This document shows positions 59,101 to 64,000 of a stretch of DNA of 64,000 nucleotides, piece by piece. A program made the translations under genes and the position numbers. Within the stretch, counting starts at the first letter, position 1; every line of letters starts with the position of its first letter. The notes beneath the pieces are model-generated. The model saw only the letters and a list, made by a program, of their open reading frames with translations. It was not told the DNA's origin and searched no databases. Origin of the DNA: the human T2T-CHM13v2.0 reference genome, Homo sapiens; assembly GCF_009914755.1 (NCBI RefSeq), contig NC_060933.1. One strand, written 5' to 3'.

Positions 59101-62100
59101 TTACAATCGAGTTGATTCCATTCCATTCCATTCCATTCCATTCCAGTCCTTTCCATTCCATTCCACTCGGGTTGATTCCATTCTATTAGTTTCCATTCCA
59201 TTCCATTCCCTTCCATTCCACTCTGGTTGATTCCATTCCTTTCCATTCCACTCGAATACATTCCTTCCTATTCCACTCGGAACGATTCCATTCCATTCCA
59301 TTCCATTCCATTCCATTCCATTCCATTTCGTTCCATTCCATTCTATTCCGTATCATTCCATTCCATTCCATTCCATTCCATTCCACTCGTGTTGATTCCA
59401 TTCCTTTCCATTCCATTCGGTTTGAAGGCATTCCATTCCATTCCATTCCATTCCATTCCATTCCATTCCATTCCATTCCATTGTACTCGGATTGATTCCA
59501 TTCCATTGCATTCCATTCCATTCCATTCCATTCCATTCCATTCCATTCCATTCCGTTGCATTCCATTCCATTACATTCGGATTGATTCTATTCAACTCCC
59601 TTACTCTCCATTACATTCCATTCCATTCGGGTTGTTCCATTCCATTCCATTCCATTCCACTCCATTCCATTGCACTCGGGTTGATTCCATTCCATTCCAT
59701 TCCATTCCATTCCATTCCATTCCATTCCATTCCGGATGATTCCATTCCATTGCATTCCGTTCCATTACATTCCCCTGCAATCAGGTTGATTCCATTCCAT
59801 TCCATTCCACTCCATTCGGTTCCGTTCCATTCCATTCTATTGCATTCCTTTCTATTCGGGTTAATTCCTTCCATTCTATTCCATTTCATTCCATTCCATT
59901 CCATTGCAATGGAGTTGATTCCATTCCATTCCATTCCATTCCGGATGATTCCATTCCATTGCATTCCATTCCATTCCATTCCCCTGCACTCGTGTTGATT
60001 CCATTCCCTTCCATTCCATTCCATTCCGTTCCATTCCATTGCATTCCATTCTATTCCGGCTAATTCCATTCCATTCCATTCCATTCCATTCCATTCCATT
60101 CCATTCCATTCCATTCCATTCCATGGCAATCGAGTTGATTCCATTCCATTCCTTTCCATTCCATTCCATTGCCTTGCATTCCAATCGGGTGGATTCCATT
60201 CTCTTCTTTCCACTCCATTACATTCCCTTCCATTCCACTCGGAATGATTGATTCCATTCCATTCCATTCCATTTCATTCCATTGCAATCCATTCCAATCC
60301 ATTCCATTCCATTCCACTCGAGTTGATTTCATTCCATTCCTTTCCATTCCATTCCATTCCTTTCCACTCGAGTTGATTCCATTCCATTCCATTCCATTCC
60401 ATTCCATTCCGTTGCATTCCATTCCATTACATTCGGATTGATTCTATTCAACTCCTTTACTCTCCATTACATTCCATTCCATTCGGGTTCTTCCTTTCCA
60501 TTCCATTCCATTACACTCCATTCCATTGCACTCGGGTTGACTCCATTCCATTCCATTCCATTCCATTCCGGATGATTCCATTCCATTGCATTCCGTTCCA
60601 TTACATTCCCCTGCACTCGCGTTGATTCCATTCCATTCCATTCCATTCCATTCAATTCCATTCCATTACAATTCGTTCCATTCCATTCTATTCCGTACCA
60701 TTCCATTCCGTTCCATACCATTCGATTCCATTCCATTCCATTCCATTCCATTCCGTTCCATTCCGTTCCATTCCATTCCATTCCATTCTATTTGGGTTAA
60801 TTCCATTCCATTCCATTCCATTCCATTCTATTGCATTCCATTGCAATCGAGTTGAATCGATTGCATTTCATTGCATTCCATTCTATTCCATTCCATTCCA
60901 TTCCGGAAGATTCCATTCCATTGCATTCCATTCCATTCCATTCCCCTGCACTCGCGTTGATTCCATTCCATTCCATTCCATTCCATTCCATTCCATTCCG
61001 TTCCGTTCCGTTCCGTTCCGTTCCATTCCATTCCATTCCATTCCATTGCATTCCGTTCCGTTCCATTCCATTCCATTCCATTCTATTCGGGTTAATTCCA
61101 TTCCATTCCATTCGATTGCAATCGTGTTGATTCCATTCCATTCCATTCCATTCCATTCCATTCCATTCCATTCCTTTCCATTCCATTACGGATGATTCCA
61201 TTCCATTGCATTCCATTCCATTCCATTCCCCTGTACTCGGGTTGATTCCATTCCATTGCATTCCAATCCATGCCCTTCCACTCGTGTTGATTCCATTCTT
61301 TCCATTCCATTCAAGTTGAATCCATTCCATTGCATTCCATTCCATTCGATTCCATTCGATTGCACTCGGGTTGATTCCATTCCATTGCATTCCATTCCAT
61401 TCCATTCCATTCCATTCCATTCCATTCCGTTCCATTCCATTCCATTACATTCGGATTGATTCTATTCAATTCCCTTACCCTCCATTCCATTCCATTCCAT
61501 TCGGGTAGTTTCCATTCCATTCCATTCCATTCCTCTCCATTCCATTGCACTCGGGTTGATTCCATTCCATTGCATTCCATTCCATTCCATTCAAATCCAT
61601 TCCGTTCCATTCCATTCCATTACATTCGGATTGCTTCTATTCATCTCCCTTAGTCTCCATTACATTCCATTCCATTCGGGTTGTTCCATTCCATTCCATT
61701 CCATTCCACTCCATTCCATTGCACTCGGGTTGATTCCATTCCATTCCATTCCATTCCATTCCATTCCATTCCATTCCATTCCGGAAGATTCCATTCCATT
61801 GCATTCCATTCCATTCCATTCCCCTGCACTCGCGTTGATTCCATTCCATTCCATTCCATTCCATTCCATTCCTTTCTGTTCCATTCCATTCCAATCCATT
61901 CCATTCCATTCCGTTCCGTTACGTTCCATTCCATTCCATTCCATTCTATTCTGGTTAATTCCATTCCATTCCATTCGATTGCAATAGAGTTGATTCCATT
62001 CCATTCCATTCCATTCCATTCCATTCCATTCCATTCCATTCCTTTCCATTCCATTACGGATGATTCCATTCCATTGCATTCCATTCCATTCCATTCCCCT

Positions 62101-64000
62101 GTACTCGGGTTGATTCCATTGCATTCCATTCCAATCCATGCCATTCCACTCGTGTTGATTCCATTCTTTCCATTCCATTCAAGTTGAATCCATTCCATTG
62201 CATTCCCTTCCATTCCATTCCCCTGTAGTCGGGTTGATTCCATTCCATTCCATTCCATTCCATTCCATTCCATTCCATTCCATTCCATTCCATTCCATTC
62301 CGTTCCGTTCCATTCCATTCCATTCCTTTCTATTCGGGTTAATTCCATTCCATTCCATTCCATTCCATTCCATTCCATTCCATTCCAATCGAGTTGATTC
62401 CATTCCATTCCAATCCATTCCATTCCATTCCATTCCATTCCACTCCATTCCAGTCCATTCCATTCCATTCCACTCGGGTTGTTTCCAATGTATTCCTTTC
62501 CATTCCATTCCATTCCATTGCAATCGAGTTGATTCCATTGCTTTGCATTCGATTCCATTCCATTCCATTCCGGATGATTCCATTCCATTGCATTCCATTC
62601 CATTCCATTCCCCTGCACTCGGGTTGATTCCATTCCATTCCACTCCATTCCGTTCCATTGCATTCCATTCCATTGTATTCGGGTTATTTCCATTGCATTC
62701 CATTCCATTGTATTCGGGTTAATTCCATTCCATTCCATTCCGTTCCATTCCATTACAATCGAGTTGATTCCATTGCATTCCATTCCATTCCAGTCCTTTC
62801 CATTCCATTCCACTCGGGTTGATTCCATTCTATTAGTTTCCATTCCATTCCATTCCCTTCCATTCCACTCTGGTTGATTCCATTCCTTTGCATTCCACTC
62901 GAATACATTCCCTCCTATTCCACTCAGAACGATTCCATTCCATTCCATTCCATTCCATTCCATTCCATTCCATTCCATTCCATTCCATTTCGTTCCATTC
63001 CATTCTGTTCCGTATCATTCCATTCCATTCCATTCCATTCCATTCCATTCCATTCCATTCCATTCCATTCCATTGTACTCGGGTTGGTTCCATTCCATTG
63101 CATTCCATTCCATTCCATTCCATTCCATTCCATTCCGTTGCATTCCATTCCATTACATTCGGATTGATTCTATTCAACTCCCTTACTCTCCATTACATTC
63201 CATTCCATTCGGGTTGTTCCATTCCATTCCATTCCATTCCACTCCATTCCATTGCACTCGGGTTGTTTCCATTCCATTCCATTCCATTCCATTCCATTCC
63301 ATTCCATTCCATTCCGGATGATTCCATTCCATTACATTCCGTTCCATTACATTCCCCTGCACTCGCGTTGATTCCATTCCATTCCATTCCATTCCATTCA
63401 ATTCCATTCCATTACAATTCGATCCATTCCATTCTATTCCGTACCATTCCATTCCATTGCATACCATTCCATTCCATTCCATTCCATTCCGTTCCATTCC
63501 GTTCCATTCCATTCAATTCCATTCTATTCGGATTAATTCCATTCCATTACATTCCATTCCATTCTATTCCATTCCATTGCAATCGAGTTGAATCCATTGC
63601 ATTTCATTCCATTCCATTCCATTCCATTCCATTCCGGAAGATTCCATTCCATTGCATTCCATTCCATTCACCTGCACTCGCGTTGATTCCATTCCATTCC
63701 ATTCCATTCCATTCCGTTCCGTTCCATTCCATTCCATTCCATTCCATTCTTTTCGGGTTAATTGCATTCCATTCCATTCGATTGCAATCGAGTTGATTCC
63801 ATTCCATTCCATTCCATTCCATTCCATTCCATTCCATTCCTTTCCATTCCATTACGGATGATTCCATTCCATTGCATTCCGTTCCATTCCATTCCCCTGT
63901 ACCCGGGTTGATTCCATTCCATTCCATTCCAATCCATGCCATTCCACTCGTGTTGATTTCATTCTTTCCATTCCATTCAAGTTGATTCCATTCCATTGCA

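Larger units (their letters stand above)
1..64000 (+). repeat. Human/primate Satellite III (HSat3) array, (CATTC)n with interspersed ACTCGGGTTG-type spacers; C-rich strand on +
   Basis: CATTC pentamers dominate every line. Runs of perfect pentamers are interrupted by the classical satellite-3 decamer A(C/T)TCGGGTTG and related AATCGAGTTG / ACTCGCGTTG / ACTCGTGTTG. The CATTCGATTC...GATGATTC 23-26 bp unit typical of HSat2 is not the dominant unit. Subfamily and chromosome cannot be assigned by eye. Confidence 0.96.

Noticed and set aside
59184-62831. 3647-bp spacing between module C copies resembling a ~3.6-kb HOR
   Set aside because: It is a single interval among highly variable spacings (654 to 10624 bp), so it is not evidence of a fixed period.
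44-63996. Hundreds of ORFs in the six-frame track (poly-IPFHS and poly-MEWNG, up to 442 aa)
   Set aside because: A pentamer repeat CATTC/GAATG contains no stop codon in any frame, so long overlapping ORFs on both strands are expected. They have no domain content, and all frames give the same peptide.
1-64000. CRISPR-like repeat/spacer alternation (constant ACTCGGGTTG motifs separated by variable tracts)
   Set aside because: The intervening tracts are pentamer runs of variable length, not unique spacers of constant length, and there are no cas genes or leader.
1-64000. HSat2 (HSATII) or alpha satellite assignment
   Set aside because: Long perfect CATTC runs with ACTCGGGTTG spacers indicate HSat3. 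The CATTCGATTC-rich 23-26 bp HSat2 unit is rare, and no 171-bp monomer or CENP-B box was seen.
1-64000. Assignment to a specific chromosome or HSat3 subfamily (e.g. 9q12, D15Z1, DYZ1)
   Set aside because: This requires k-mer comparison with reference arrays. The irregular module spacing argues against a homogeneous fixed-period array such as DYZ1 but does not identify the locus.
1-64000. A novel gene-encoded biological system
   Set aside because: No non-satellite sequence is present, so no protein or structured-RNA components can be supported. Any novelty is limited to array architecture and candidate binding motifs.

Overview
The whole 64-kb window is one uninterrupted satellite array of diverged (CATTC)n/(GGAAT)n pentamers, punctuated by spacers such as ACTCGGGTTG, AATCGAGTTG, ACTCGCGTTG and TCCGGA(T/A)GA. 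This is the signature of primate (most likely human) classical Satellite III (HSat3) pericentromeric or acrocentric heterochromatin. The C-rich strand is on + throughout. I saw no inversion, transposon, alpha satellite, RNA gene or real protein-coding gene. The ORF track is an artefact: a pure CATTC repeat has no stop codon in any frame and gives poly-IPFHS (+) or poly-MEWNG (-). The real structure lies above the pentamer. There is a small vocabulary of 40-120 bp modules in conserved order, tandem duplications (44 bp, 335 bp, ~485 bp, ~870 bp, ~1.3 kb, 3 x ~2.6 kb, 2 x ~3.1-3.5 kb), dispersed duplications (offsets ~4, 5, 9.5, 11, 15, 17 and 22 kb) and a central sub-domain with its own diagnostic variants. 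The most functionally suggestive observation is about 40 copies of ATTCCGGAAGATTCC, a perfect three-unit heat-shock element, enriched in the 2.6-kb triplication. I found no evidence for a new gene-encoded biological system. All coordinates and counts were read by eye and duplication boundaries are approximate.
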